A stretch of 64,000 nt of DNA from Callorhinchus milii (GCF_018977255.1 NW_024704742.1:110486001-110550000); one strand, 5' to 3'. Positions 12,481 to 26,553 are shown, numbered from the stretch's first letter. Numbers and translations are program-made. Notes: a model not told the origin generated them from the sequence alone.

Positions 12481-13955
12481 ACAACAACAAATTACATCTG
12501 TATAGAGCCTTTTATTTCGGGAGGAAGTCCCAAGGGGCTTTCACATGGGGGGCACAGTCAGGGATGTAGACCTGAATAGAGGGTTGGGATTGGAGGGGAT
12601 GGAGAGCAAGGTGGGTAGGCGTAGGAGGGTGGCCAAAGGTGCATCAAAGAGGAGGGTATTGAGACTTGCCTTGAAGGAGGCAAGGGAAGAAGCAAGGCCA
12701 AGGGACTAGAATGGAGTTCCAAAGGGTTGGGGCAGAAAGGCTGAAGGCCTGACAGCCGATTGTGGGCTAGGCGGGGGATGCGGAGCAGGCTGAAGCCCAC
12801 TGGGCAGAGGGAAAGGACAGGTTGATATGTGGTTGGCAGGTTACAGAGGTAGGAAGGAGCAAGGCCGTGGAGAGCCTTGAGGATGAGGGCGAGGATTTTG
12901 AACTTTATCCTCTGGGGGATGGGGAGCCAGGTGAGGGTGGGGTTGATAGGGTCATGGAGCCTGGTGCAGGAGAGGACATGAGCTGCAGAAGTCTGGATGA
13001 ACTGCAGCTTATGGAGGGAAGATTTGGGAAGGCCAACAAGCATAGAGTTTACATAGTTGAATCTGGATGTGCTAAATGCGAGGATGAGGGTTTCGGCGAC
13101 ATGAGAGAGTGACAATGGTGGAGCTGGGCAATGTTACTGAGATGGGGGAAGGCACAGTCGGTCATGGCATAGATGTAGGACATAAAGGATAGTTGAGGGT
13201 CAAACAAGATGCCAAGGTTCTGGACTGGCTCAGTAAGGTGGAATATGCATCCTTGGATGGTGATGCTGTCAGCGCCTGAGGTTTGGAGGTGCTAACGGGA
13301 GCCAATCAGGAGGGCCTTAGTCTTGTTAACGTTCAACTAAAGAAAGTTAGCTCTCATCCAGGACTTGATGTCTGACAGACATTCTGTCAGGACAGCAGTG
13401 GTCCTGGAGTCAAGGTTGGAGGCAGAGAGGTACAGTTGGGTGTCATCCACGTACATGTGGAAGTTTCCCCATGTCTGAGGATGATGTCACCAAGAAGGAG
13501 CATGTAGATGTTGAAGAATAGGGGACCAAGGACAGGGCCCTGAGGAACGCCGCACCAGACTGTGTGGGGGCTGGAGGAGAAGCCGTTTGTGAGACAGAAT
13601 GAAGACAGTGTGAAAGGTAGGATCTTAACCAGTCAAGGACAAAACCATGAAGTTTGAGGTGAGAGGAGAAGCGGTGGAGGAGAATAGAGTGGTTAACGGT
13701 GTCAAAGGCAGCAGTGAGGTCAAGGAGGATGAGCAGATAGAGGGAGCCCTGGTTACAGATGGACAAAATGTCATTTGTTACTTTGACCAGGACTGTTTCT
13801 GTGCTGTGGGAATCACGGAAACCCGTTTGGAGGGGTTCATAGAGGGAGTGGTGGGAGAGGAAGGAGCAAAACTGGGAAGCAACAATTCATTCCAGGATCT
13901 TGGTAGTTGGAGTGCAGGGATGTGTCCAGGGATTGTTTTTCAAGGATGGGGGTGA
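12481..13955 (-). mobile_element. 5'-truncated L2 LINE of about 1.5 kb with a frameshifted reverse transcriptase
   Basis: Fragments LLILLDLTAAFDTVNH, YVDDTQLY (about 13430-13455) and WLPIPQRIKFKILALILKALHGLAPSYL. The (TTG)n tail is at 12481. Confidence 0.93.
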
Positions 13956-15101
13956 AATTATCAAATAGACTATAAGTAAAAACCCAGTTGTTTAGTTTTT
14001 TTGCAATTTCTCCAAAACCTTTCAAAATATCCATTTAAGGAAATATTTTGATCCTCCTTAAAATAGTGCCTTGGATCAGATTTTTTTGCGGACAAGCAAT
14101 AGAACAACAAAGATATATACAGTCCCTTCACGGCCCAATAAAATGCTAAGGTATTAAGGCTCAGTCCTATTAAATTTGAAACTGGAATTTATCAGTGCTG
14201 GAATCATTGAACATAGAATCACTGAGATTGCTGTAGCCGTGTGGCCCTCACTGCTGTGAGCAAATGCCATACTTGGGAACAAGGCCCTTAACAGAATCAT
14301 ACTGACTTCAGAGAAGGTGTAAAACAGACTTAAAACATTCAGTCTTTGTTGCAGAAAATACAATGAGCAGAAAGGTTACCAGTGAACCTGCCGCTGCCTT
14401 TGTGACTGGAGTTATTTAGAGGTACTCTGGCCTTTCTGCTGTAGATTTGTCGCTTCTTAGGGATTTCACACCACCAATCCCTTCAAATTATCAGCAACCT
14501 CCAGTCTGTCATTCATTGTAACAATCTCGGATTTCACCTCACTAAACAGGCAGGCTATTGACAAAGCAATCCTGGGTGATCCAGCGCTCCCTGGCAAACG
14601 GGAACTGTTCACTGCTACAGTTCCAGTAAATTAATCCTTAACAGCAGAAATAAACTTTCCTGTGATAATCATTGCCCATTGTTGTTAAGAATAGAGCCGA
14701 GAGTTAGCACCAGCTTGCCATTCTGGACAGGTAGACTGGTAATAAGCTTATAGTGTGATGGTCTTAATTTAGTACTGGGAAGGATCTTATATCTCTTGCT
14801 GTGAAGAACAGAAATGTGTTTGCCTCAGAAGTGTTTGGGAAGGGGAAACATTATCTTTTAGAATGATCTTGACTAGTCCAAATCCTGTTCAATATAGTAG
14901 CCTAGGATTTCAACCTGATGGGCAGTAAAATATCTGTTTAGGGAGTGTCAGACAATTGAAGTGCACCATTGAAGTAATGCATCAGCCTCTGCTTATGAAC
15001 ACAAAGAACTTGCATTTTTATAGTGTCTCAAAGTGCCTCAAGAGAAATTGCAGTTAAAGCCGTGTTTGTTATTATGAGGAAATCCAACAGTCATTTTACA
15101 C

Positions 15102-15815
15102 CAACAACAACTTACATTTATAAAGCATCCTTCATGCTGGACGGCGTCTTGGAGCGCTTAACAGCGTGGAGCCTGATACCGAGCCATGGGAAGGGCGAAG
15201 CTGACCATAGGCACGGTTGAAGATGGAGGTCTTCAAGCGCGACCTGTAAATGATGAGAGAGGGGACAAGGCGAAGGGATTGACGGAAAGGTTTCCACCGC
15301 TTCAGTGTATAGTGGCTGAAAGAATGGCCGCTGATGGTGGAGTGGAGGGTCCGAGGGACAAGGAAGAGGCCAGAACCAGTCGAGCAGAAGCAATGGGTAG
15401 TGGTGTAGGGAGAGAGCAGGTTGGAGACATAGGGGGATGCCAAGATATGAAGGGTTTTAAATACAAGAGTGAGGATCTTGAAATCAATCCGCTCAATGAT
15501 AGGGACCAATGGAGTTTGACAAGGACTGGGGCAATGGAAGTACAGAGTTTAGTGCGGGTGAGAATGTGGGTGATGGTGTTTTGAATTAGTTGAATTTTGT
15601 GAACAGTAGAGCGGAGGAGACCAGCGAGGAGAGCGTTTGAGTGGTCGAGGCAGGAGGTGCCAAAGCATGTAAGAGAGTTTTAGCAGCTTTTGGAGTGAGG
15701 TATGGAAGGAGATGGGCATTGTGGTGGAGGTGGAGGAAAGTGGCCCTGGCCAGGATGTGGGGTACGAAGGATAGCTGGGGGTCAAACCTAACCCCAAGTT
15801 TGCAAACTCCCTCCA
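15102..15815 (-). mobile_element. L2 LINE 3' fragment
   Basis: LGVRFDPQLSF and ERIDFKILTLVFKTLH, with a stem-loop and (TTG)n tail. Confidence 0.9.
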
Positions 15816-16239
15816 CTATTCAAAGAATGTCATAGGATCTTTAACTTTCACACGAAGAAAAGGCAGACATAGAGGAATTTCTTTAAGGCCTCAATAGTGG
15901 AATGTACGTTGCTGGAACTTTATCATTGCAACGCAATTCTTCAATGAAGTGAATATCTTTGACAGTGGTATAAGATTGGGTTCTTGGGTGAATTGTGCCA
16001 AGATAAGTAAAAAGTGACCAGAATGAGGGGGATAAAGTTAAAACAACATCATTTTTAATCAACTTTCACCAAACAAAATCGTGGCCTTTATGGTGAAAAA
16101 TGACTTTAAATATTCCTAATCACATATATGTCTGAGAAAAAAGTAGAAAAAAATAGCACGGTGGCTGAATAAGAAGGTTTAAAAAACAACTTCTGAAAGC
16201 TCAGAAGAATTATTATAAAAGATCCAACAAACCAAAAAA

Positions 16240-17480
16240 TAACAGGGTCTTGATACTAAACAAAATTTGTTTGAGAATCAGTAAAACACATTACAAAAGG
16301 ATTGAGAGGAAAATGATGAGGCAGGTTTATGACAGCAGCACAGAGATCAAATATGGCTTTCGCCTGTGCACAATCAAGACGGGAGTGTTAAAGACTTGTC
16401 AGGTCCTTAAAGGAATAGGTTTGGTAGAAGAATTTGGGGGGAATCCCTGGAACAGCAGATGTGTTCAATTAATTCTTCACAAATGAAGAGTGCGGACAAA
16501 TTCCAGATCTCGTCAAACTGGCTCAGGAATCTATAACATATGTGGAGGTCAGTAAAAGCACGGATTATGAAAAGGCTCAAAGCACTAAACGTGAAGCCTG
16601 GATCGGACTGGAATCTTTCAGGAAATGGACAATCCTCCAGCTAATATTTTTAACATTTCTAAGTACAATGACTGTACTTGAGAGCTGCTGCATAGCAAAT
16701 GCAATTCAAAAATGAAATGAGATACGAAGAAGTGTATTATAGATCAGTGAGTCAAATAATGCAGTGGGGATAATGAGTGCCTTTGCAGGACACTGTCAAT
16801 GATAAGCTGGAGTACAGAGAGAATAATAATGGGAAGTCACTATGGTTTGGGGAATGGTAGCTTCATTAATAGCTTTTAGGAGCCTTATGAATTGGCTAGA
16901 ATTCTTCGAAAAGATAACTATATTGGTTGGAAAGTCCTTATTTAACGGATAATGTGGTTTCGATTTTCACAAGATATCTCCTTAAGTTCAGCAAGTGGGG
17001 TTTAAAGATGATAATGGCTCAAAGAATTCATGACAAATTAGCTGCTGATATGAAAACTAGGTTGAAATAGAGATAGAAAGCAGCAGACAATGATAAATGG
17101 ACATACCTTTGTCAGAGGGCAATGACTAATAGTTTCATAGGAACTGTTGTCCAGATTTTAATATTTAGTCATGAAAAGGTACATCCAACAATAGTGAAAT
17201 CTGCTGATGACAACAAGTCATTTGGACTGGTTGTCTCGTATAGGAGAGATTGATAGCACTCACAGGAATCTGAACCAGATTAGCTCAGATTAGCTGAGGG
17301 CATGCAGAGGGAAATTAATATAAATTAATGTGAATCCATTGGTATAAGTGGGCTTGATGGACGGATGTACATTGAAAAGGATGGAAGAAGAAATAGGTTC
17401 TAGTGTGATTACTGACCATTCACTGAAAGTCTCCAGTCAATGTCAAGCTGTTATCAAATGCTCAATACATTTGGAGGACA
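16240..17480 (+). mobile_element. Highly decayed CR1 LINE reverse-transcriptase region
   Basis: Remnant motifs LEFFEKIT (about 16897) and KSADD (about 17197, from KFADD), with many stops. Confidence 0.55.
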
Positions 17481-17506
17481 TTCAATTGTAAGTTATTTTA
17501 ACCTAT

Positions 17507-17810
17507 GTGGAGTCCTGTAGCTCAGTGGTTAGAGCACTCGCTTTGCAAGTAAGAGACCTGGGTTCGATTCCCGGCAGGGTGAAACCTTGGGCAAGTTTCC
17601 TTACTCCACACGCCTGATAATAATCCCTCAAGAAAAAAAACAATAATAAATTGGTCATTTCAACCCACAACTGTTTGTGGGACGCTGCTGTGCCCAATTG
17701 ACTGCCGCATTTCGCCCACAAATATAAAGTCATTTCACTTTACAGTATATTCTGTGAAGCGCTTTAAGACGTCTAGAAGACATCAAATGCAAGGATTACT
17801 ATTATTACTA
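17507..17810 (+). mobile_element. tRNA-SINE, short form, with an 8-bp TSD
   Basis: Full head and tail, flanked by taacctat at 17499-17506 and 17811-17818. Confidence 0.92.
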
Positions 17811-18464
17811 TAACCTATCTATAAAAATATACAATGCTGTATTTATAAGAAGGTTGAAATTTATACAATTGAACTAATCACAACCAGAGAGTAATTTGGG
17901 CTTGTGTTTTGCTTACATGTTTTGAATAAGTGTAAGTTGTTGTTGTTGTTATGTCTATTTCTCAGCTGAGAAAAGATCTGAAAAGGCCAACAAACAATTG
18001 AAAGACAAAATGCTGGCCACAGAACAAGCTTTGGGACCACATTTCTTTAAAGCAAATTTGGTAAAGTATGTGGCAGCAAATGTAAGTGTAAAACAGAAGT
18101 TGCATTTAATACAGCAACTTCTGATTTGCAAATACCCTGCTTCAAAATGAGGGGATACAAAGAAGATCCAAATAGATGATTATTATGGTTGAAGCTCCAA
18201 TTACTGGAGAGAGTCTTCTAGTTTCGGAAAGCTTTCTTTCACAAGAGAATGATGTCTGTTTGTTCAGGTGGACATTAAATTTTTATGGGACCATTTAAAA
18301 AGAGAAGAAAATTTTTCCTGATGTGCGGCCCAACAGTTCGCCTCCCCTAATAATTATTAGTTAATAAGGACACGGAAATATACTTCCATTTCAGCTCGGT
18401 TATGCTTTGGGATGTTCTACAGATGTGAAAGGCAGCATATGAAATGTAAATTGTATTGTAATTG

Positions 18465-19300
18465 ATATAACTGCTTATCACGTTGTCAAAATGTCTCAAA
18501 ATGCTTCACTGGATTTATTGTAGAATGTATTGACTATACTTTTGTAGATTAATATAGCAGCCATTTTGAACACAACAATATCCCACAAACAGTTATGACC
18601 AATTTTTTCTGGGGGCTAGCTGACCAGGACATTGGGAGAAACTCCTCTTTTCGAACAGTGCCAATGGATCTTTAATGTCCACCTGAATAGGTGGAGAGGA
18701 CCTCATTTTAACATCTCTTCCAACAATGTTGTGCACCTCTCAGCATTACATTGACTTCCTAATTCTTCCCTCCACAAGCTGAAGACCATCCAGAACTCTA
18801 CAGCTCTCTCTTTCCCTAGGATCCTTGAGGCTATTGCCCTCTCCTCGCCCAGCTCCACTGGCTTCCTATACCCAGAGGATTGAAGTAGAGATCCTTTTTC
18901 TCACTTTTAAATTCCTCCAAGGTCTTGCCCAATCCTACCTCTGAGACCTACCAACCTGCCCGCTTCTTCCGCATTGGCCTGCTTCATGTCCCCCAGTCTG
19001 CCTGTCTCACCTTCAGTGTCGGGCTTTCAACCTATGTGCCCCAATTCTCTGGAAGTCCATCCTAGAATCTTTTTACCCAATGCCTTACTCGCCTCCTTCA
19101 AAGTCCATCTGAAGACCTTCCTCTTTGACTGAACTTTCGGTTATCTTCCCCTCACCCCTGCCCCCTCCCCCCCGCCCGAATCAAATCCCCACCTTGACTG
19201 TCCAGCACCTTGGGACATCCTCCTGACGTGAAAGGCACTATATAAATCCAATTTGTTGTTGTTGTTGTATTTCAAGTGTCAGCCTAGATTGTGAACTGTG
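18465..19300 (-). mobile_element. Deu-domain SINE split by an L2 insertion
   Basis: The 3' and central part lies at about 18465-18755 (gtgccaatggatctttaatgtccacctgaa) and resumes at 19271 (ttcaagtgtcagcctagatt). Confidence 0.7.
18760..19268 (+). mobile_element. L2 LINE 3' fragment nested in a Deu-SINE
   Basis: ctccactggcttcc (LHWL), tail cagcaccttgggacatcctcctgacgtgaaaggcactatataaa and (TTG)n. Confidence 0.88.
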
Positions 19301-21565
19301 TGTTGTCAGGATACCAGGAGAAACTCCTTTCTCTTTTGGAATAATGCCAATGAGGTCTTTAATATCCAGCTAAAAGACCGACAGAACCTCAGTTTAACGT
19401 CTCTTCAAAAGAAGGCACTGTGATATTCTATGATCATTGTGATTGTATTTGTAAACAAGCAGAAACATCATTTGCCAGAGGTGGGCTCTGGAAGCACGAA
19501 GATTGTGTAAAAGTACAGACTCAGCTTTTTGTGCCACGTTCTGGGAGTCTTGAACAGCCCGGAACCTCAAGATAAAAGATTTCAGGTAACAAGCACATTC
19601 AGACACCCATTGAAGAAATTGAGCTGCAAGATTTATTTCAGTAAGGGATACATTAGGCAAAGCATCTGAACAGGATCCTATTAATCCTTTCCCTATTGAA
19701 TATACGGGAACTCCATATGCTTAGCATGACAAACGCAGTGATTAGCAGCTAATAAAATGTATCCTTCTGGAAGGTTAGAATGACAGCATTAGACACGTGA
19801 CTAGTAGTTTGGTCACCTCATCCCTGTCGGAAGGGCTGCTTATAAGTGGAAGCCTATACTGTATAATTCATAGACACATTGTTATTAGTGCTGGCCAGAC
19901 ATTTATAAATGGGTGGAATTTCATCTGTGTTTAGGTAGTAATTCAAGTGAGTTAATCTTTAACTACCAGTCTGAGTTAAAGCTAAGTGCATCATAGAAGG
20001 AAAATGAGAAGGAAAACAGTACTGATCACAGAATGAACTCGCTGGGACAATGTCAGCCTGAGAAGGAATAGACTGCCGTCAGCTTTTGTCATAGGTTCAA
20101 AGAAATTAGTTTCTACATAGGAAATGTTCTACATTAAAAATTCTACACACGTTCCGTACCAGTGACCCTGAAAATCTCTCCTCCCACTTGTCTATTTTAT
20201 CTTTCTGTAAAGGAGTAGTTATACATAAATCAATTTCATATGGAAGCATAAGATAATGTTAAAAGCAGCAAATTGGTAATTGCTCTTGGTAATGAAGATT
20301 AAAATGAATGAGCTATAATTGTCTTTACTTTTAAAGAAATGTGAAAGTTCAATATTTAAATTTATGAGCTGATTGTCATAAATTTATTATGTAAGATATA
20401 CATATGCAGTTCAGTAACCATGACCATCTTGAATTTGTCATTAGAGCTAATGAGAACTTCCCCTAAGCATGACAATTGTAGTACTGTAACACAGAGTACA
20501 GCACTTAGCCATCTTACATTAACCTAATACCAAATCTATCTATGCATTTCCGAACTTCTGTATAGTTTTAAAAATTCCCTCTCAGTAGTGTTCATGACTT
20601 AGTGATATTAATACATGTATTTTGTTCAATAACCAAGAAAATAATATGCCAAACAGATACGAACACCATTTTGCAGTCTGCAATCCTATTCATCATTAGT
20701 AACAAAATTAACAACAGGAAGAAAGATTTTGCATCGAGTCGCACATTGCAATAGCTTTTTGAACAAAATATGAATTATTTTGTGTAATGGAGCAGAGTCT
20801 CTCCTTTTAACCTCTTCACCAGCTGCTTCTGGTCAGAAAGCTGCTCTCCAAACCAGACCAAGCCCTGAGTCGTGCTGCTGGCTGTTAATTACTGACTTTT
20901 GTTTGGTTAAAATTCTGTTTGGATCACAACCATTTAACTGATAGCAAGACAGCAAGTAGTTCATCATATTGTTCACCCTCCACCCCCCCCCACCCAAAAA
21001 AAAATGCATTGGTATAAGAACCAGAGAAATACACATGGTGTGCAGCTTGTTAAATATAATTATAGGTTATTCTTGGTGAAAGTGTTAATACTGTTACATA
21101 AAATACACTCCTAGTCCAAAACAAAGAAGATTTTCAGCTTATGAGCACTTAAGTGAAACATAAAGAATGTGACTTAAGTTTGAAGGTATGACACCATATA
21201 TCATATAGCAACAATACTAGGTATATTTTTGTAATAGACCCCAAACATGATATTTTCCATGAAGACAGCAAATACAGTGGGTACTCAAGAAACAACCAAA
21301 ATATCATCAACTCCGAGACACAAATGCAGTTCAAAAGTATGATGTTGCAGTGGATATAGTGAGAACTTGCTCTCAGAAATTCATGTATTGAGAAACAGCA
21401 CAAAGCTTGCAGAACACAGTAAAACCTCAAACCTATCTTTCGTTTAGATAACAGCGGCAATTTGCATGAAACACACACAGACTTTTTAAATATTACAATT
21501 TAATCCCATGAACTGAAGCACACATGAAAATATTTGAAAGAAAAATAAATTGTCATGGCACAAAC

Positions 21566-21709
21566 CTGTCAGTAGCAGACTGTGGCATCCTCCCCCAGCA
21601 ACTGCGATGACATCATCTTGTGGTACGTGCACCGTTTCTGGGACAAGGATGTCTCGTTGAGTACTTCCACAAGCTCGGCCATAGCCCCATACGAAGACCT
21701 TGCCGTTAC
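21566..21709 (-). CDS. Next coding exon of the same RCC1-repeat gene
   Basis: Acceptor tgtattttctcactgactaag and donor ACAG|gtttgt. The 144-nt exon (phase 1 to phase 1) joins the previous exon in frame (G+GT=Gly) and encodes GNGKVFVWGYGRACGSTQRDILVPETVHVPQDDVIAVAGGGCHSLLLT, with RCC1 motifs G-x-V-F-x-W-G and V-A-x-G-x-x-H-S-L-x-L. Confidence 0.9.
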
Positions 21710-24700
21710 CTTAGTCAGTGAGAAAATACATATAATTGGATGTTGCTTTGGTAATATTTATACTTCAAAAAGAAAGAGGGATGGTGACATATGTCAGGTA
21801 TCAAAACACCCTCAAACCACAGTCTTGCACGGCAAGACCATTGTATCCATTACCTAATAAATACTCGAATGCTGATGTGCATGTAATGCTTAGTCGGTCT
21901 ACGGAAATAAAGTGGGCATTTTCCCATTTATTCAGGCCATTCTAGCTCAGATATGTGACTGTTAATACGATGTTAGCTTTCTTCCTGCAGTTTAAACTCC
22001 CAAAGAGACAGGCACATGATGCAGAATCTTTTTTCTGTGATGTATATTTTAATAGGAATCATTACTATGGCATCTACTTTAGTAACCTAGTTCTTCCTAG
22101 TAAGCATAGTGTTAACCTCATTAAGGATGTGTTCACATCCATAAAAAAAAATTGTGTTTTTCGCTGCAAAATTTACAAAGTTTAACAGACAATCCTATTT
22201 TAAAAGAGGAAACCCTTGTAACAGGGCCCAGCAACAGAGGAACAAAGCATAACAGATATTTCTTTGTACAGAGAATAAAATAGGTAATTGATTTTATCTA
22301 AAGGTGTTTTGGCAAGTTGATTAATTCACTTGTTAGTAGTTTGTGCAGCTTCCAGTGAATCGCAAATCTTTTAAGATTTAATTACTTACAACACGAAAAG
22401 AATCAGTCTGCAATGAATAGGAGATCAAGGCAAAGACTAAAACATAAAGATATTTTCTCTGAAGAAAGGGCAAAGTAAAGCCTGAAAATGCGAGCCCCAG
22501 TCCTGAACTAAAACATATCTATAACTTGACCTCATTAAAAATAAAAATTAGGTCACGCGTGAGATATAAATGAAGATTGAAGGAATATTACAAAGATTCA
22601 TCCTGACAGTATCTCTTCCAGCACAGTGAACAGCATACTTCCATAATTTAAACTACAGGCTATTGGAATATGCAAAGACTGATTCCCCTGCCTCCTCCCC
22701 AAATTTGTTTCAATTTGAGAGCACTTCTGTGTCCCTCTATATGCCAAAGTGTTGTAGTACTGACATTTCAAACATGATCTGATACATTCCTTTCAAGTGT
22801 CAAGGTTTCTTCTGAAGAGTAACTATTTAAAGGTTAATTTCTTTCTTTCGTAGCTCGTAATACTACAAGTGTCTTCGAAGATATAATTCTGTGGTGTGTT
22901 TGTCATATGTGAGGTACTTGCAGACAGAAATAAAGATCTAATATGGCATGACATCAGTGCTTATTATCTAGAGCAATAAAAAACTAATCACCCCGTGAAT
23001 TCAAGTGACAAAGCCACATCTTTGTTAGGGACACTAACTGAACTTGTTTGACCTCAGATATTATTAACGTGTAATGCTACCTTCAGACTATTTTTTTACA
23101 CTGAATACATTAATGTAATATCCAATCTTGGAAGAAAAGAATATCACCCAGCGGTTTATTATATTTTTTTTGTGGGGTGGGGGGGGGAGAGAGGAAAGGG
23201 CGATGCATGTTACAAATAAAGCATTTTGTTTCAGATAACAACTTGGGGTCGAGGACAAATGTAGCAGACAACTAAGGGAAAGCGGATTGGAAGCAACTGT
23301 GACCCTGCTCAGCATCAAAGAAAGCAGAAACCCCTGCAAACCCCTGAGAGTGCAAGAAATTGCTGTTCCAAAGAAATACGTGTTTAAAAATTTAAAAACC
23401 CTCGGATTCCACTCTTGACAGCAGTAGAGAACCTCCCCATCCTATATCAGGCAGCGCTGCACTTTTTCAGCCTGACAACTGTTGTCCTTGTTGTGGTATT
23501 ACTCTCAAGATAAATTATGAATGCAATGTAAAAGCTGTAAAATTTGTTGTATCTTCTATTATCTCCATGTTAAAGGCCACAAAAGCTCTTCAGTGAAGTC
23601 AGCCATTAAGAAATGACAGGTATTGCTATCAGCCTTCTTTATAGCCTATTACCTGCAATGACAGCAGCTCCAGCAGTAACACTGTACAGCCTATCACATT
23701 ATTTGCAGCTAAAGCTGGCTACTGTGTCATTTTCCCTCATTTTCTTGACAGTGCTATCATAAATCCATTCAGCTGCAGGGGTAACTGTCTGCTGCCTCGA
23801 TTACCTTCATAGCACGAATGAATCTTGAAATGTATGTAACAGACAATGACTGTTATGGATCAGACACAAGAGCCATTCTCAATCCATCCCATCAGCTCTA
23901 TGAAGCAATGCCTGCTGCAACAGGGGTTTCCTGCACGTCTGTCACATCCCACAGTAATACAGTACCAGTAACTGCACTTAAAGAAATGTGTGGTTCTTAA
24001 ATAACATGTTCCAAGATATTTACACTGAAGCCGTATTGATTAGCTGTCCTAAAGAAGTATTTCTGCATTCTGCCAGAAAGCTTAGAGGTTTTCAACACAC
24101 TACTGAGAATGCTATAAATTTGTGTGAGTACTGACTTTTGTTTTTTGGCTTGCAGCAAAAGCAATATGTTTCTTGCGCTAGCCAGTTGATATTTTATTTT
24201 GCCAAGGATTGTTATAAATTTTTCAAAGAAACACAAGAGTAAACAATGGGAAAACATCACTTTTTACAAGGGAGTTTTATGGCATATATAGTGTAATGTT
24301 GTTGCAGTTTTATTTTTGATGCAGTATTTATAGGATCCAGATATTCCCCATTACCATGAGAGCTGTTTGACTTGGTTTTAACTATTCATAAGTCGACATC
24401 AGGGCAAATAGCATTTGGCTCAATGGCCTCCACTGTAGTTATGGCATATCGATGTTTGTGCAATCATTGTTCCCTTCTTAAATATATTCAAAAGGAATTC
24501 ACCTTCAAAAATACATTCAAAACCTCCTGCACTTACAGAATGCACAATGCACCTCAGAAGTAGATGTGACTTTAAGCTAATTATTTTTGTAATTATTAAT
24601 CTATTTGGTTGCCAAGTTAAAAGTTTTACCTCTGGAGTAATAACCTTCCACATTGAAGCTGAAGATAACTAAGGGAGAGGGAAATACTTTCAATAAGTTC

Positions 24701-25470
24701 ATTCCCTCATGAATCTCATCACCTTAGTTTTTAAATAAATACTGCACATCCCCAGAAAAATGATCTTTACAGAGCCCTTCCATAAGAGATCTTTTGCCTA
24801 ATTTTGCACAGAAGCAGAGGGGAAACAGATGTATTCTGGTGACCTCTGACTAAAGCTCATCATACACTAGTCACCATTGAATCCTGTCCAGTTTCACTAT
24901 GTATATAGTGATTATTTTCATTCTTTGAACCTAAGATTGGGGACACACAGGCAGAGGAGGTGTGGTCATTGCTTTATATTCAAACTACCTTCTCTTACAG
25001 TTAATCTTCTCTTTTAACCTAGGGATAACCCACACGACTTCCTTAAGAATTTTCAGTGCATTAATGAACATTGGTAAATCTTTATGACTACAATATTACC
25101 CCGAACCCTTTTCTTGAAAATAAGAAAATAAGAACACTTGCAAATAAAAATAAAACATTTCAAAGCTGTTACCTTTACTTATCCTGTTATCACTTTTTTA
25201 CTTCTATTTTATGTTATTTCATTTGTCCTTTTCCAAACAATATTTTTATTATTTCTACTGCCATGTTCCTATCTAATTTACCTTTATTTAATATTCCTAA
25301 ATGTAAAATCGCTCTCTTAGCTTTCTCCATCTGGTTTGGAAGTCAGGTGCAGTTTGTATGAAAAGTGATTTTCATTGGGTTGGAGTGAGCCTGCTGAATA
25401 CTGTACAGTGTTGCCGATATTTGTTGAAAAGTAAATCTGAGAGTTCTTTTGGCAAAACTATGCACTAGTT

Positions 25471-25695
25471 AGAACATAAGAACATAAGAAATAGGAGTAG
25501 GAGTAGGCCATTCGGGCCCTCAAGCCTGCCCTGCCATTTAATAAGATCATGGCTGATCTTCTAATCTAATTCCATTTACCTGCCCTGTCCCCATATCCCT
25601 TAATCCCTTTCGTTTTTAAAATTCTATCGATCCGAGTCTTGAATATGTTCAATAACTGAGTATCCACAGCCTTCTGGGGTAGATAATTCCATAAA
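25471..25695 (-). mobile_element. CR1 LINE 3' end
   Basis: The 8-bp terminal repeat agaacata occurs twice, followed by aggagtaggccattcgggccctcaagcctgcc, typical of a CR1 3' UTR. Confidence 0.85.
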
Positions 25696-26553
25696 TTAGA
25701 GGGCGGGTTCACTCACTTTTTGGTGAGTTTGCTGAACCTGTGTGGTGTGAGAGATATACGAGTAATGGGGACATCCAGAACTATTACTTTCACGAATCCG
25801 CTAATTAATACGCCTCAAATACACAGTCACTACACCTAACAGTAAATTCTGTGAAGGTGTTTAAGTGGTTTTGACTTAATGATTAAAGTGCTATATCACA
25901 TGCAAGGATTATTATTATTCATTATTATTAAAATACGTATCTGACAAGATGCAAATGTAAAGTGCAATAAAACACTGGAGTGGTTAAGTGCATAACCTGC
26001 AGTAGGTTATTTCTAGTAAAGTGCTATACACAAATGAAGTCTTATGAGGTAAAGTATAAAATCTTTATGATCACATGAGAAATTTGAACCTTTGAAAATA
26101 AATTACAGTATTCTCAGGCTAAAAGGTTGTTGCTGCACAGTGGGAGTGCAACAATTGTGGGGTTGCTGATATGCTTTGGCAGGTTCTGTACCTGCGTTTT
26201 GTGATATTAATTACATATTACTTTTAGAATGCCTTTCACACAGGTGACGACTAAGATACATTCAACCCTCAGCTAATTTTCTAAATGCTTTTTTGTACAA
26301 TTCATATCCCGAACAATGAGGCCCACAAGAATCAGTGTATGTGTTCAATCGGGCGACACAATGCCTTCCGTTCACATTGTAGCAATAAAATGCCCGATGT
26401 TCACATTGTAGTAATAAAACAAGTCTCTCCTGTAAGGGATCATATTGTGTGAAAGTAACTCCGTAACAAGCGCAGATCTCAGACCCGAGGTGCAATGTAC
26501 AAACTCTTCAGTAAATGAACTGCTGATCCTTCTTTTTCTTGCGGCCCATTTAC

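Noticed and set aside
17511..17583. tRNA-Ala(UGC)-like cloverleaf with A and B boxes (also at about 533-604 minus and 39734-39806)
   Set aside because: These are SINE heads: each continues into the SINE body and tail, stems are imperfect, and one copy has a TSD. They are not called as tRNA genes.
21215..21265. Minus-strand peptide HGKYHVWG just downstream of the RCC1 exon
   Set aside because: There is no acceptor AG in the right position, and an in-frame stop follows shortly.
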